Source: an uncultured Bacteroidales bacterium (GTDB lineage: Bacteria > Bacteroidota > Bacteroidia > Bacteroidales > Muribaculaceae). Taken from it: DNA of 64,000 nucleotides. The DNA is taken from positions 9,899-73,898 of the forward strand of contig CACZVR010000003.1 in the NCBI GenBank assembly GCA_902784675.1, read 5' to 3'. The notes below the pieces were generated by a model that worked only from the letters and a program-made list of their open reading frames with translations, was not told where the DNA came from and made no database searches. Every line of letters begins with the position of its first letter. Position 1 is the first letter of the stretch. Positions 9,888 to 19,470 of the stretch are shown here, one piece after another. Position numbers and translations under genes: made by a program.

Positions 9888-11258
9888 TTATTGCCCACGG
9901 GCGACGTTGTCGCGTGCGGCATTCTGGAATTTGAAACGCTGCATGATGACCACGGCGACCACGAAAGCGACAAAATCGCTGGCGGGCAGCGAGAACCACA
10001 CGCCGTCGAGGCCCCAAATCGAGGAAAACAGCAACAGCATGGGCAGCAGGAAGAGCAACTGGCGCGAGAGCGACATGAAGATGCTCACGCGCACCTTGCC
10101 TATGGTCTGGAAGAAATTGGTCACCACGGCCTGATAGCCGATGACTGGGAAGACGAGCATGTTGATGCGGATGCCGCGGATGGAGATGGCCAAGAGTTCC
10201 TGGTCGTCGGTAAACAGGCGTGTGCACGGCCCGGGCAACAATTCGCCGATGATCCAGCCGACGGTCATGGCAATCACCGATGCGGTGATGGTTAACCGCA
10301 GCACATGCTTGACGCGGTCCATGTTGCGCGCACCGTAGTTATAGCCGGCAATGGGCTGGAAGCCCTGACAGATACCCATGATGACCATGAAGAAGATGAA
10401 GCCCAAACGGTTAGCGATGCTATAGGCGCCCACGGCGAGGTCGCCGCCATAGGTCATCAGGGCGTTGTTCATGAAGATGGCCACCACGCAGCCGGTGAGC
10501 TGCATGGCAAACGGCGAGACACCGATGCTCACGATGTCCTTGACAATGTTGCGGGCAGGCACGAGGAAACGCCATTCCAGGTGCAGCAGTTCGCGCTGGC
10601 GGCTGAACTGCCACAGCTGCCAGCACAGCACAATGGCCTGTGCCAAGATGGTGGCGATGGCGGCGCCCTTGATGCCCATGTGCAGCGGCCAGATGAAGAT
10701 GGGGTCAAGGATGGTGTTCAGCACCACGGTGACTATGGTCGCTATCATCGCGGCTCGTGGCTTGCTCGCCGACCGCAGGGCGGCATTCAGACCCAGATAA
10801 AGGTGGGTGATGACGTTGCCCACCAGCAGGATGAACATGTAGTCGTGGGCATGAGGCAGCGTCTGCTCGCTGGCGCCGAAGAAGGTGAGGATGGGGTCCA
10901 AGAAGATGATGGACACGATGCCCACCAGCAGACCGGTGATGATGTTCAGGGCGACCATGTTGCCCAGCACGTTGTTGGCCTTGTTGTACTGGCGTTGTCC
11001 CAATCGCAACGACATCAGCGTGGAACCGCCCACGCCCACCGCTGCGCCAAAGGCAGCACCGATGTTCATCAGCGGGAACGAGATGCCCAGGGCGGCCAGC
11101 GCCATCGGGCCCACGCCGTGGCCGATGAAGATGCTGTCCACCATGTTGTAGAGCGATGATGCGGTCATCGCAATCACACCGGGCAAGGCATACTGCCACA
11201 GCAGTTTGCCCACCGGCTGGGTGCCCAGAGCCAATGTCGCTTCCTTGTTATCCTTCAT
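9888..11258 (-). CDS. MATE family efflux transporter
   Basis: LYNMVDSIFIG, ILDPIFI, GIKGAAIAT, QPIAGYNYGA; multi-TM. Confidence 0.95.
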   Translation of the reverse strand: MKDNKEATLALGTQPVGKLLWQYALPGVIAMTASSLYNMVDSIFIGHGVGPMALAALGISFPLMNIGAAFGAAVGVGGSTLMSLRLGQRQYNKANNVLGNMVALNIITGLLVGIVSIIFLDPILTFFGASEQTLPHAHDYMFILLVGNVITHLYLGLNAALRSASKPRAAMIATIVTVVLNTILDPIFIWPLHMGIKGAAIATILAQAIVLCWQLWQFSRQRELLHLEWRFLVPARNIVKDIVSIGVSPFAMQLTGCVVAIFMNNALMTYGGDLAVGAYSIANRLGFIFFMVIMGICQGFQPIAGYNYGARNMDRVKHVLRLTITASVIAMTVGWIIGELLPGPCTRLFTDDQELLAISIRGIRINMLVFPVIGYQAVVTNFFQTIGKVRVSIFMSLSRQLLFLLPMLLLFSSIWGLDGVWFSLPASDFVAFVVAVVIMQRFKFQNAARDNVARGQ

Positions 11259-11364
11259 AGCGTTTTAGAAAAACCGCTGCAAAGGTACGCATTATTTCCC
11301 ACACGCACCTGTTTTTTAAAACAACTTGAACAACTAAAACAATTTAGCATCTGCGCACCAATTT

Positions 11365-11490
11365 TTTAACGGCGAATTAAGCGGATTAAACGAATAGCAT
11401 CAGCACTCTCTTAGTTTAACGCGGATTACGCGAATTAACGCGGATTGTTTTTTAAAAATCAGCGATAATCAGCGTAATCCGCGTTTATAT
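11365..11490. repeat. 9-nt-period repeat with inverted arm downstream of the DUF4435 gene
   Basis: TTAACGCGGATTACGCGAATTAACGCGGATT followed by complementary AATCAGCGATAATCAGCGTAATCCGCGTT. Confidence 0.75.
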
Positions 11491-11542
11491 TAAAAGAGAA
11501 GGCGGATGCCGTTGTATTTATTGTTTTCCTTTTAGTGGTGGG

Positions 11543-13108
11543 TTATTCTTCGAGGCCGAAGCAGGCTTTGATGGCCTTGCGGATGGCGCGGGCGTGTTCG
11601 CTGTTGCCCTTGAGGATGTTGAGGACGCCGCGCACATAGTCATCCCTGTTCTTGTAGCCGCACAGGACGGCGACGTTGCTCTCGCCGAGCATCAGCTTCT
11701 GATTATAGACCTTGAGGATGCTGGGATAGTCCTCGTTGTCCTCATAGACGTGGAACTCGCGGCACAGCTGGTCGTACAGGCCGCGCGGGTTGATTTCGCT
11801 CACGAGTTCTATCATGTGGTCTTCCAATGCGTTGATGCTGGTGAACTTCATGTCCACGCGTTTCTCCACATCGCGTTTCACGCGGTGGCGTACATGTTGC
11901 AGCGCCTGTTGCTTGAGTTCGTGGGTGAACAGGGCGATGACGCGCTTCTTCACCTTGGGGAAGACGATGTCGGGGTTGCGGCGTTTGTATTTGGCCACGG
12001 CACGGATAACGCCCTCGAGCATGAGGATATTCTCCACCTCGGCGACATTGGGCACCAGGATGTTCTTCTTGCGCAGGTATTCTACTTCCTCGTCGCTGCG
12101 GCGGTCGCGGTCCACGATGCCGCGGCTCTCGAGTTGATGGAGGTTCTGGAGGTCGCCAAAGGTGCGCACCGTCTCGATTACCTTGTTGCAGCTGCCCAAG
12201 GGCTTGACGGTGTATTCGGGGAAGATGAGCGGGTAGAGGCGCGAGTCGATGCTGTGCTTTTCGTCACCCTCGACGAACAGGACAGGCTTGCGGCTGCCCA
12301 AGAGTTCCAGCAGGGCGGTGTCCAGGTCGCGGCTTGAGGGCATCACTTCATAGTCCCATGCCTTGGCATCGGGGTCAAACTCCTTGACCCACACGCACTG
12401 GTTGTCGATGCGTGAGCTGGCAAAGCCCACATCGTGGGTGTTGTAGATGAAGGTGCAGTCGGGTCGCAGCTGCTCCAGCACATTCCACAGCGTGCGCATG
12501 ATGCTGCTGTGGATGAAGGTCTCGGGATCATCGACCAGAATGGCGGCATCGGGCATGGCATAGAGCACCGCACCGATGTAGTAGAGGACCGACTTCTCGC
12601 CGTCGCTCAGTCCCATCAAGGGATACTTGTCGTCGTAGCCCTCGGTGGAGAACATCAGTTTGCCGTTCTCGCGCAGCACCTTGTTCTTGGGAAAGACCTC
12701 CTGCCACTTCTTGACGGTGATGTCGAGTTTGGTCTTGGGAAACTCCATCTGCTCGTCCATGAGTTGGTGGGCCTTGAAGTTCATGAGTTCACGGAACTCG
12801 TCGCTGAGCATTACAAAGAACAGTTTGTCAAACTCGGTCTGTGCCTTGTTCTCGACCAGCGGATTGGCCGCGTTCATCTTATTGAAGAGGTCATCAATGG
12901 AGCCGGGCATCACCTTGGCGCTGGGCGCAGTGGGGAAGAGGGCTTTCAATGCCGAGATGCGGTAAGCTTTGTTGCCCAATTCGTCGACCAGTGCCGAGCA
13001 GAAACGGCTCTTTCCGGCACCGTTAGTGCCGATGATCGTGATCTGTTTGGAGTCGATCAGCACGTCTGGCTGATGCCCGTCCATCCTTTTAGGTAATCTG
13101 ATATCCAT
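11543..13108 (-). CDS. ABC/AAA ATPase fused to DUF4435 (TOPRIM-like) domain; PARIS/OLD-like
   Basis: Walker A GTNGAGKS, signature LSDGEK, Walker B ILVDDPE, H-loop NTHD; then FVEGD, GSC.KV, GIVDRD, EVEN. Confidence 0.85.
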   Translation of the reverse strand: MDIRLPKRMDGHQPDVLIDSKQITIIGTNGAGKSRFCSALVDELGNKAYRISALKALFPTAPSAKVMPGSIDDLFNKMNAANPLVENKAQTEFDKLFFVMLSDEFRELMNFKAHQLMDEQMEFPKTKLDITVKKWQEVFPKNKVLRENGKLMFSTEGYDDKYPLMGLSDGEKSVLYYIGAVLYAMPDAAILVDDPETFIHSSIMRTLWNVLEQLRPDCTFIYNTHDVGFASSRIDNQCVWVKEFDPDAKAWDYEVMPSSRDLDTALLELLGSRKPVLFVEGDEKHSIDSRLYPLIFPEYTVKPLGSCNKVIETVRTFGDLQNLHQLESRGIVDRDRRSDEEVEYLRKKNILVPNVAEVENILMLEGVIRAVAKYKRRNPDIVFPKVKKRVIALFTHELKQQALQHVRHRVKRDVEKRVDMKFTSINALEDHMIELVSEINPRGLYDQLCREFHVYEDNEDYPSILKVYNQKLMLGESNVAVLCGYKNRDDYVRGVLNILKGNSEHARAIRKAIKACFGLEE

Positions 13109-13142
13109 ATCCCTTGTCGTTTTTGTTCTGGTCCTTTAATCT

Positions 13143-13204
13143 TTAACGCGGATTACGCGAATTACGCGAATTTTTTTTCAACCATGCTTTATTTAACGCG
13201 AATT
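13143..13204. repeat. 9-nt-period repeat upstream of the DUF4435 gene
   Basis: TTTAACGCGGATTACGCGAATTACGCGAATT; first ~23 nt identical to the copy at ~11416. Confidence 0.8.
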
Positions 13205-13361
13205 ATTTTGTCAATCTGCGTTTCATTTATTTGGCAGGGGTAAAATTAGACATTTATTTTTATTGTGGCAACGATTTGGCTGCCAAATTGTCGAAAATGG
13301 CGTTTTTTTTAACTTCGGCGCATGACCATTATCAATAAGAATTACTACCTTTGTCGGCGTT

Positions 13362-14606
13362 ATGATGGACTATGTGAACGCTTTTGTGTCGATGCTGAAC
13401 GGCATGTCGCCTTACCTGTTGTTGGGCTTTTTCATCGCGGGTGTGCTGCATGCGTTCGTGCCGTCGGCGATTTATAGCCGCTACTTGGCGGGGACTGGAC
13501 TGCGGTCGGTAGCGACCGCGGCGGCATTTGGTATTCCCTTGCCGTTGTGCTCGTGCGGGGTGCTGCCCACGGCGGTGGCGCTGCGTCGCAGCGGAGCGTC
13601 GCGTGCGGCCTCGACGTCGTTCCTCATCGCCACGCCACAGACGGGTGTGGACAGCATCGCGGCGACCTATTCGATGATGGGCCTGCCGTTCGCCATTTTG
13701 CGTCCAGTGGCTGCCCTGGTGACCTCGCTGCTTGGGGGCATGGCCGTGGGACACTGGGAACGCAAGGGTGCCCTCGACGATGTGCGTGACGAGACCAGTT
13801 ACGAATTCAGCGAGTTGCCGCAAGGCTTCTGGAACAAGGTAAGGGAGACGTTCAAGTATGGCTTCTTTGACATGATGCAGAGCATCGGGCGCTGGCTGCT
13901 TATCGGTCTGGTAGTGGCGGCGCTGATCACTGTGCTGTTGCCTGACGATTTCTTCTCGACCTATGCCCGCTGGCCGTTGTTGAACATGTTCGTCATTGTG
14001 CTGGTGGCCGTGCCGATGTATGTGTGCGCCACTGGTTCCATCCCCATTGCCGCCGCACTGATGCTCAAGGGCATGTCGCCTGGTTGCGCGCTGGTGCTGC
14101 TCATGGCGGGACCTGCTGCCAACGTGGCGTCGATGTTCGTTGTGAACAACGCTTTCGGTCGCAAGGCCACGGTGGTCTATCTGCTGTCCATCATCGGCGG
14201 CGCTATCGGCTTTGGCGTGCTGGTGGACTATTGGCCCGGTCTGCGTGAACTATTTGTCAACGCGCTGCCATGCCATGTGATGCATCACGGCATGCACGGC
14301 GCGTCATGGTTCAACACCCTGTGCAGCATTGCCTTGCTTGGCATGATTGTTGTGGCAATGGGTGCGAAGTATTGGAAATCCTATCAAATCAAACGTAATA
14401 AAACCGCAACAATGAAAGAATTCAAAGTGAAGGGCATGATGTGTGCCCATTGCAAGGCCAATGTCGAGAAAGGCATTGCCGCCTTGCCCGGTGTGGAAAA
14501 AGTCACCGTCGATCTCGCTAAAGGTACTGCCCTTGTCGAAGGCTCCATCCCCGACCAGATCGTGATCGATTGCATCGAGGACTTGGGCTATGAGGTAATA
14601 GATTAG
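13362..14606 (+). CDS. SO_0444-type permease with C-terminal HMA domain (Cu/Zn efflux)
   Basis: PLPLCSCGVLP, PMYVCATGSIP; HMA GMMCAHC. Confidence 0.9.
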   Translation: MMDYVNAFVSMLNGMSPYLLLGFFIAGVLHAFVPSAIYSRYLAGTGLRSVATAAAFGIPLPLCSCGVLPTAVALRRSGASRAASTSFLIATPQTGVDSIAATYSMMGLPFAILRPVAALVTSLLGGMAVGHWERKGALDDVRDETSYEFSELPQGFWNKVRETFKYGFFDMMQSIGRWLLIGLVVAALITVLLPDDFFSTYARWPLLNMFVIVLVAVPMYVCATGSIPIAAALMLKGMSPGCALVLLMAGPAANVASMFVVNNAFGRKATVVYLLSIIGGAIGFGVLVDYWPGLRELFVNALPCHVMHHGMHGASWFNTLCSIALLGMIVVAMGAKYWKSYQIKRNKTATMKEFKVKGMMCAHCKANVEKGIAALPGVEKVTVDLAKGTALVEGSIPDQIVIDCIEDLGYEVID

Positions 14607-14722
14607 GTTTTAGGTTATAGGTTTTTGGCTTTAGGCTTTAGGCTTTAGGAGTCGGATTCAACCTAGTGCCTAACGCCTAACGCCTAATGCCTAGTGCCTA
14701 ACGCCTAGTGCCTAATGCCTTA
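14603..14722. repeat. Inverted heptamer arrays (TTAGGnn)n / (nnCCTAA)n at a convergent junction
   Basis: About 7 TTAGG units from the permease stop, a short spacer, then about 9 CCTAA/CCTAG units ending at the menG stop. Confidence 0.9.
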
Positions 14723-15466
14723 TTTAATCGCAGAGTAAATGGTGCAGACGCCTAGGGTGAGGCGCTTGAACGTGGCGTCGCGCAGGCCGGCCTCGCGCAT
14801 CAACTGCAGCATGTTATCGCCTTGCGGAACAGCGGCGATACTCTGCGGCAAGTAGCGGTAGGCGCTCTTGTCGCCGCTTTTTATTGTGCCGATGGCAGGG
14901 ATGATGTGCAGGGTGTAGAGATCGTAGAACCAGCGGATGATGGGGTTGGTGGGTGTGGAGAGCTCCAGCACGCACAGCATGCCGCCAGGCTTGAGCACAC
15001 GCGCCATCTCGCGGTAGCCTTGCAGCAGATGCTCGAAGTTGCGCACCCCAAAAGCCACCGTCACTGCGTCAAATGCTTCGTCCTGCATGGGCAATGCCAT
15101 GCAGTCGCCTTGTTCAAACGAGATATCCTTTTCTAAACCTTTTTCCTTGACCTTGCGCTTGGCTTCGTCAAGCATCCCCTGTGACAGGTCGATGCCCGTG
15201 ATGTGTTGCGGCTGCAGCGAACGGTGCAGCTGGATGGCGAAGTCTCCCGTGCCTGTCGCCACGTCAAGCAGTCGGGTGGGGTGGAGCCGTTTTAACCGTT
15301 TGACAGCCAGTTTTCTCCACCAGATGTCAATGCCCATGGTCATGGCACGGTTCATGAAGTCATAGGCAGGTGCGATACTGTCAAACATCTGTCTGACCTG
15401 TTCGGTCTTAGCGCCCTCGCCATAGGGCTTTACCTGTTCGACTTGTGTACCATTGTCGCCATTCAT
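14720..15466 (-). CDS. ubiE: Demethylmenaquinone methyltransferase (MenG/UbiE)
   Basis: MFDSIAP.YD.MN, LDVATGTGD, AFGVRN, AYRYLP.S. Confidence 0.95.
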   Translation of the reverse strand: MNGDNGTQVEQVKPYGEGAKTEQVRQMFDSIAPAYDFMNRAMTMGIDIWWRKLAVKRLKRLHPTRLLDVATGTGDFAIQLHRSLQPQHITGIDLSQGMLDEAKRKVKEKGLEKDISFEQGDCMALPMQDEAFDAVTVAFGVRNFEHLLQGYREMARVLKPGGMLCVLELSTPTNPIIRWFYDLYTLHIIPAIGTIKSGDKSAYRYLPQSIAAVPQGDNMLQLMREAGLRDATFKRLTLGVCTIYSAIK

Positions 15467-16434
15467 TCCTTATCGGGATTTTGCTCAAAGAGTTTTTCCT
15501 CCTCGTGGAAGCGCTCATAGGCCTCGACGATGCGCTGCACCAACTGGTGGCGCACGATGTCCTTCTTCTCAAATTCCACCTTGCCGATGCCTCGCACACC
15601 GTCCAGCACATGCAGGGCGTGAATCAGGCCCGATGTCGTGCTGCGCGGCAGGTCAATCTGAGTGGTGTCACCGGTGACAATCATCTTTGAGCCCATGCCC
15701 AGTCGGGTGAGGAACATCTTGATCTGGTGCTTGGTGGTGTTCTGCGCCTCGTCGAGCACGATGATGGCATCGTTGAGGGTGCGTCCGCGCATGAATGCCA
15801 ACGGCGCGATCTGGATCACGTTGTTCTCCATATATTCCTTGAGCTTGGCCTGCGGAATCATGTCCTCGAGGGCATCATACAGGGGCTGCAGATAGGGGTC
15901 GATTTTGTCTTTCATGTCGCCAGGCAGGAAACCCAGTTTCTCGCCAGCCTCGACAGCGGGACGCGAGAGGATGATCTTGCGGGCCTCGCGGTTCTTGAGC
16001 GACCTGACGGCCAATGCGACAGCCAGGTAGGTCTTTCCGGTGCCGGCGGGTCCCAATGCAAAGGTCAGGTCATTCTCGGTGAACTTTTGTACCAGCAGCT
16101 GCTGGTTGGGTGTGCGCCCGCTGATGGGTTTGCCGTTCACGCCATAGACGATGACATCGTCCATCTTGAGCTGTTTGGGCGGTGTGCCCTTGATGGTGTC
16201 GATGATGACATCCTCGGGCAGGGTGTTGTATTGCGCGCAGTAGTCGGCAAGGCTGTGGATTTTCTTCTCGAAATCGGCGGTCTCGCTGTCATCGCCGATG
16301 ACCGTGATGACGCTACCCCGCGCCGCCATGCGCAATTTGGGAAACAGATTACGGATAAGTTGTATATTGCTATTATTCACCCCGTAGAAAGTCACGGGAT
16401 CCACGTTCTCAATGATAATGTGTCGTTCAATCAT
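15463..16434 (-). CDS. phoH: PhoH family ATPase
   Basis: GPAGTGKT, RPAVEAGEKLGFLPGD, AFMRGRTL, DEAQN. Confidence 0.95.
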   Translation of the reverse strand: MIERHIIIENVDPVTFYGVNNSNIQLIRNLFPKLRMAARGSVITVIGDDSETADFEKKIHSLADYCAQYNTLPEDVIIDTIKGTPPKQLKMDDVIVYGVNGKPISGRTPNQQLLVQKFTENDLTFALGPAGTGKTYLAVALAVRSLKNREARKIILSRPAVEAGEKLGFLPGDMKDKIDPYLQPLYDALEDMIPQAKLKEYMENNVIQIAPLAFMRGRTLNDAIIVLDEAQNTTKHQIKMFLTRLGMGSKMIVTGDTTQIDLPRSTTSGLIHALHVLDGVRGIGKVEFEKKDIVRHQLVQRIVEAYERFHEEEKLFEQNPDKE

Positions 16435-16615
16435 TCAATGATAGTCAAAATTTAATCACTGCACAAAAGTACATATAATTTGTGCAAACCGAAAACAAAA
16501 ACAAAGATTATTTGTTTTTTGTCGAAGCATTGTAAACCGAAGTGTGAAAAATGATGATGCGTTAAAGAAAAATGATTACATTTGCAGTTGGTTTTTCCGA
16601 AAACCCAGTGTGTAG

Positions 16616-17335
16616 ATGTCACTTGAAGTCGGTTTATACTTGATTCCCACACAGTTGAGCGAGGGGCCGCTGGAGCGGGTGTTGCCTGCGTACAACACAG
16701 AGGTTGTGCGTCAGGTGCGCTTTTTTGTTGTTGAGAGTCTGCGATCGGCAAGACGTTTTCTCAAGAAATGTGACCGCGAGATCGACATCGACGCCCTCAC
16801 GTTTAATGAGCTGAACGAGCACACCGACGTGCGTGTCACTGCTGCCCTGGAGGCCTTGTTGGAGCCGATAGGGCGGGGTGAGCCGGTAGCTGTACTCAGC
16901 GATGCCGGGTGCCCTGCGGTGGCCGATCCGGGTGCCGACCTGGTTGCCATCGCTCAGCGCAAGGGGTACAAGGTTTTTCCGCTGGTGGGTCCGTCAAGCA
17001 TCTTGATGAGTCTGATGGCATCGGGGTTCAACGGTCAGCGCTTTGCCTTTGAGGGCTATCTGCCCATTGACGCGCAGGCCCGTCAGGCGCGCTTCAAGGA
17101 GATGGTGCGACGCATCGAACGCGAGCGCCAGACGCAAATTTTCATCGAGGCGCCCTATCGCAACAACCAGCTCATTGCCGACTTGACCCAGCGCCTATCT
17201 CCCGCCATGCGGTTGTGTGTGGCGAGCGACATCACGGGTGAGGGTCAGACCATCGTCACACGCACCCTGGCCGAGTGGAAGCAGGCGAAGTATGACTACC
17301 ACAAGGTCCCCACAATTTTCTTATTGTATCAATAA
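16616..17335 (+). CDS. Tetrapyrrole-methylase-fold SAM methyltransferase (RsmI-like paralog)
   Basis: LYLIPT, SDAGCPAVADPG, GPSSI, FIEAPYRN. Confidence 0.88.
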   Translation: MSLEVGLYLIPTQLSEGPLERVLPAYNTEVVRQVRFFVVESLRSARRFLKKCDREIDIDALTFNELNEHTDVRVTAALEALLEPIGRGEPVAVLSDAGCPAVADPGADLVAIAQRKGYKVFPLVGPSSILMSLMASGFNGQRFAFEGYLPIDAQARQARFKEMVRRIERERQTQIFIEAPYRNNQLIADLTQRLSPAMRLCVASDITGEGQTIVTRTLAEWKQAKYDYHKVPTIFLLYQ

Positions 17336-17348
17336 CGTCAATCATCCC

Positions 17349-18377
17349 ATGGCAGGACACAAATATAAAGGATACACCAACGACGGACGTCCGTTGAAGA
17401 TAGCGTTTGATGTGGACGGCGATGACACGCCGCCCGCACAGCCGATGGTCGAGCCGAGCATCCCCTTCACCTATGACACAGGGGCGGGGAAGGGCTTGTG
17501 CTTCATCAGCTTCGGCAGTGGCAGTAGCGGCAACTGCGCCTATCTGGGTACTCCGCGTGGCGGCATTCTCATCGATGCCGGCATCCGTGAGCCTGTCAAA
17601 TATCACCGCAAGAAAAAGAACCCCGACAATCAGGTTGCTATCACTCTGGATCAGGCTTTTGCCGAGCTTGAGCGCAACGGCGTGTCGCAAGACATGGTGA
17701 AAGGCGTCCTGCTCACGCATGCCCATCAGGACCACATGCGGTGCCTGTATCCCGCCGTGAGCCGTTGCCACTGCAGCGTGTACTGCACCATGGGCGTGAT
17801 GGCTCAACTGCAGCAGCGATGCCGCATCTCAAGCCGCATCCGCGACCACCATGTGCCCATCTTCAAAGAGATTCCTTTCCGCATCCTGGACATGGAAATC
17901 ACAGCTTTTGAGACCAAACATGATGTCAAGAGCGTGGGTTTTAGCATTGAGTATGAGGGTGAGCGTTTTGTTGTGGGGTCGGATATGGGCTCCATCACCG
18001 AGCGCGCCGCTTATTACATGAGCCGCGCCAATTACCTGATGATTGAGTGTGACTATGACCTCAAGAAGCTTGAGGAAGGCGGTTACTCGGAATTCTTGAA
18101 AAACCGTGTGAAAAAAGACGACGGGCACCTGGACAACGTGGTGGCTGCCCGGTTTGTCGCCGACCATTACCATGAAGGCCTGCGCAACGTGTTCTTGTGC
18201 CACTTGAGCGAGAAGAACAACGACCCCGCGCTGGCGTTAGCCACGATGCGCGAGGCGCTGGAGGCGCGAGGTCTCACCGTCGGAGATGCATCTAACGCAG
18301 CCGACCAGCGTGACCGTAACGTCCAGATCTACGCCTTGCCCCGTTATACCTCTTCCGATTGGTTCGTTTTGGCTTAG
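17349..18377 (+). CDS. MBL-fold metallo-hydrolase (YycJ/PhnP-like)
   Basis: SGSSGN, IDAG, THAHQDH, GHLDN, LCHLSEKNN; ATG at 17349. Confidence 0.88.
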   Translation: MAGHKYKGYTNDGRPLKIAFDVDGDDTPPAQPMVEPSIPFTYDTGAGKGLCFISFGSGSSGNCAYLGTPRGGILIDAGIREPVKYHRKKKNPDNQVAITLDQAFAELERNGVSQDMVKGVLLTHAHQDHMRCLYPAVSRCHCSVYCTMGVMAQLQQRCRISSRIRDHHVPIFKEIPFRILDMEITAFETKHDVKSVGFSIEYEGERFVVGSDMGSITERAAYYMSRANYLMIECDYDLKKLEEGGYSEFLKNRVKKDDGHLDNVVAARFVADHYHEGLRNVFLCHLSEKNNDPALALATMREALEARGLTVGDASNAADQRDRNVQIYALPRYTSSDWFVLA

Positions 18378-19452
18378 TGTAATAGGGCTTCTTGTAATAA
18401 CCCGATTTCTTGGTTTTGTAGCTCTTTTGCGATGTGGCATGGCTGCTGCTGGTCTTTTTGGCGGGTGCAGTGCTCATCGCAGCGACTTGACGTGCGGGGT
18501 TGACAGGCTCGGGCTTGATGTTGTCGTTGAAGACAGTGTAGCCTTCGTTGCTCTCAACCATCTGCTTGAATTCCTCAGTCAAGAAAGGCGTTAGCTTGTC
18601 ATAGTCAATCAGGATTTCGATAGGCTGGCTGGAGATGGTGCCGTGCTTGTACTCAAACAGGATGCCTTTCTTGCTGCAGCAGATCTCGGCGGGCACGTTC
18701 AGCGCGTGTTGCAGCTGGCGTTCATCGCTGCGACCCTTGTTCAGCTCGTCAATCTTCTTGTTGATGACCTTGAGCAATTTGTTTTCCTTGTCCACATCGG
18801 CTACCAGGATGTCGAGGCGCTTGAGCACACGACCCTTCGTGCGGTCATAGTGGATGTAGCTCTTGTCCTCGGTAGTGGTGGTGCCGTTATATTCAGTCTT
18901 GTCAATCTCCATCACCAGCAGGCGATGCGAGGTCATGTAGGGGTAGACCAGCACCTGGCTCACGTTGCCGTAAACCGGCACGATGGTGGGTGCCGTGGAG
19001 AGTTTGTGGTAATCATCACCGATGGGCTTGTTGAACTGAGGTGTGTTCAGATAAACGTAGCGGGCATCGGGCATCTTGTCCTGACTGTTGCCGAAGGCTT
19101 TGCTGATCAACTCCTTGTTGAGAGCTACCGGGTTCTCCTCGCCGTTCACTTTCTTGGGCCAGCGCACCTTCACATGCTTGATGCTGGCATAGCGGGAGCT
19201 GTTGTCACCCTGTATGGCGGGCGTGTTGGCGATGAAGTAGTAAGTGTTGTGCTGCAACTCGTCAAACTCGTCGTCTTGATGCACGGTGGAGACGGTGTCG
19301 GCCTCGACGATGTCGTCGGTGCTGTCGCGTTCCTCGAACAGGGTTGGCGCTTTGCCGCTCACCTCGAAGCTGCGAGATATATACCAGCCTGCTGCCACCA
19401 GGTCGATGATGACAAGCAGGATGATGGTGATGATGAGGTTCTTTTTGGTCAT
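18292..19452 (-). CDS. Membrane-anchored hypothetical protein (RsiV/DUF3298-like) with basic tail
   Basis: N-terminal TM; YD..GRVL..DIL and GI.F.Y..I..I.YDKL.PFL patterns. Confidence 0.65.
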   Translation of the reverse strand: MTKKNLIITIILLVIIDLVAAGWYISRSFEVSGKAPTLFEERDSTDDIVEADTVSTVHQDDEFDELQHNTYYFIANTPAIQGDNSSRYASIKHVKVRWPKKVNGEENPVALNKELISKAFGNSQDKMPDARYVYLNTPQFNKPIGDDYHKLSTAPTIVPVYGNVSQVLVYPYMTSHRLLVMEIDKTEYNGTTTTEDKSYIHYDRTKGRVLKRLDILVADVDKENKLLKVINKKIDELNKGRSDERQLQHALNVPAEICCSKKGILFEYKHGTISSQPIEILIDYDKLTPFLTEEFKQMVESNEGYTVFNDNIKPEPVNPARQVAAMSTAPAKKTSSSHATSQKSYKTKKSGYYKKPYYTKPKRTNRKRYNGARRRSGRYGHAGRLR

Positions 19453-19470
19453 TGGGTTATATCGTGATTT

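Noticed and set aside
8427-14722. CRISPR array
   Set aside because: Repeats are 7-9 nt tandem units without unique spacers; no cas genes in the window
16616-17335. Two rsmI-like genes as a novelty
   Set aside because: A second RsmI-like methyltransferase is common in Bacteroidota
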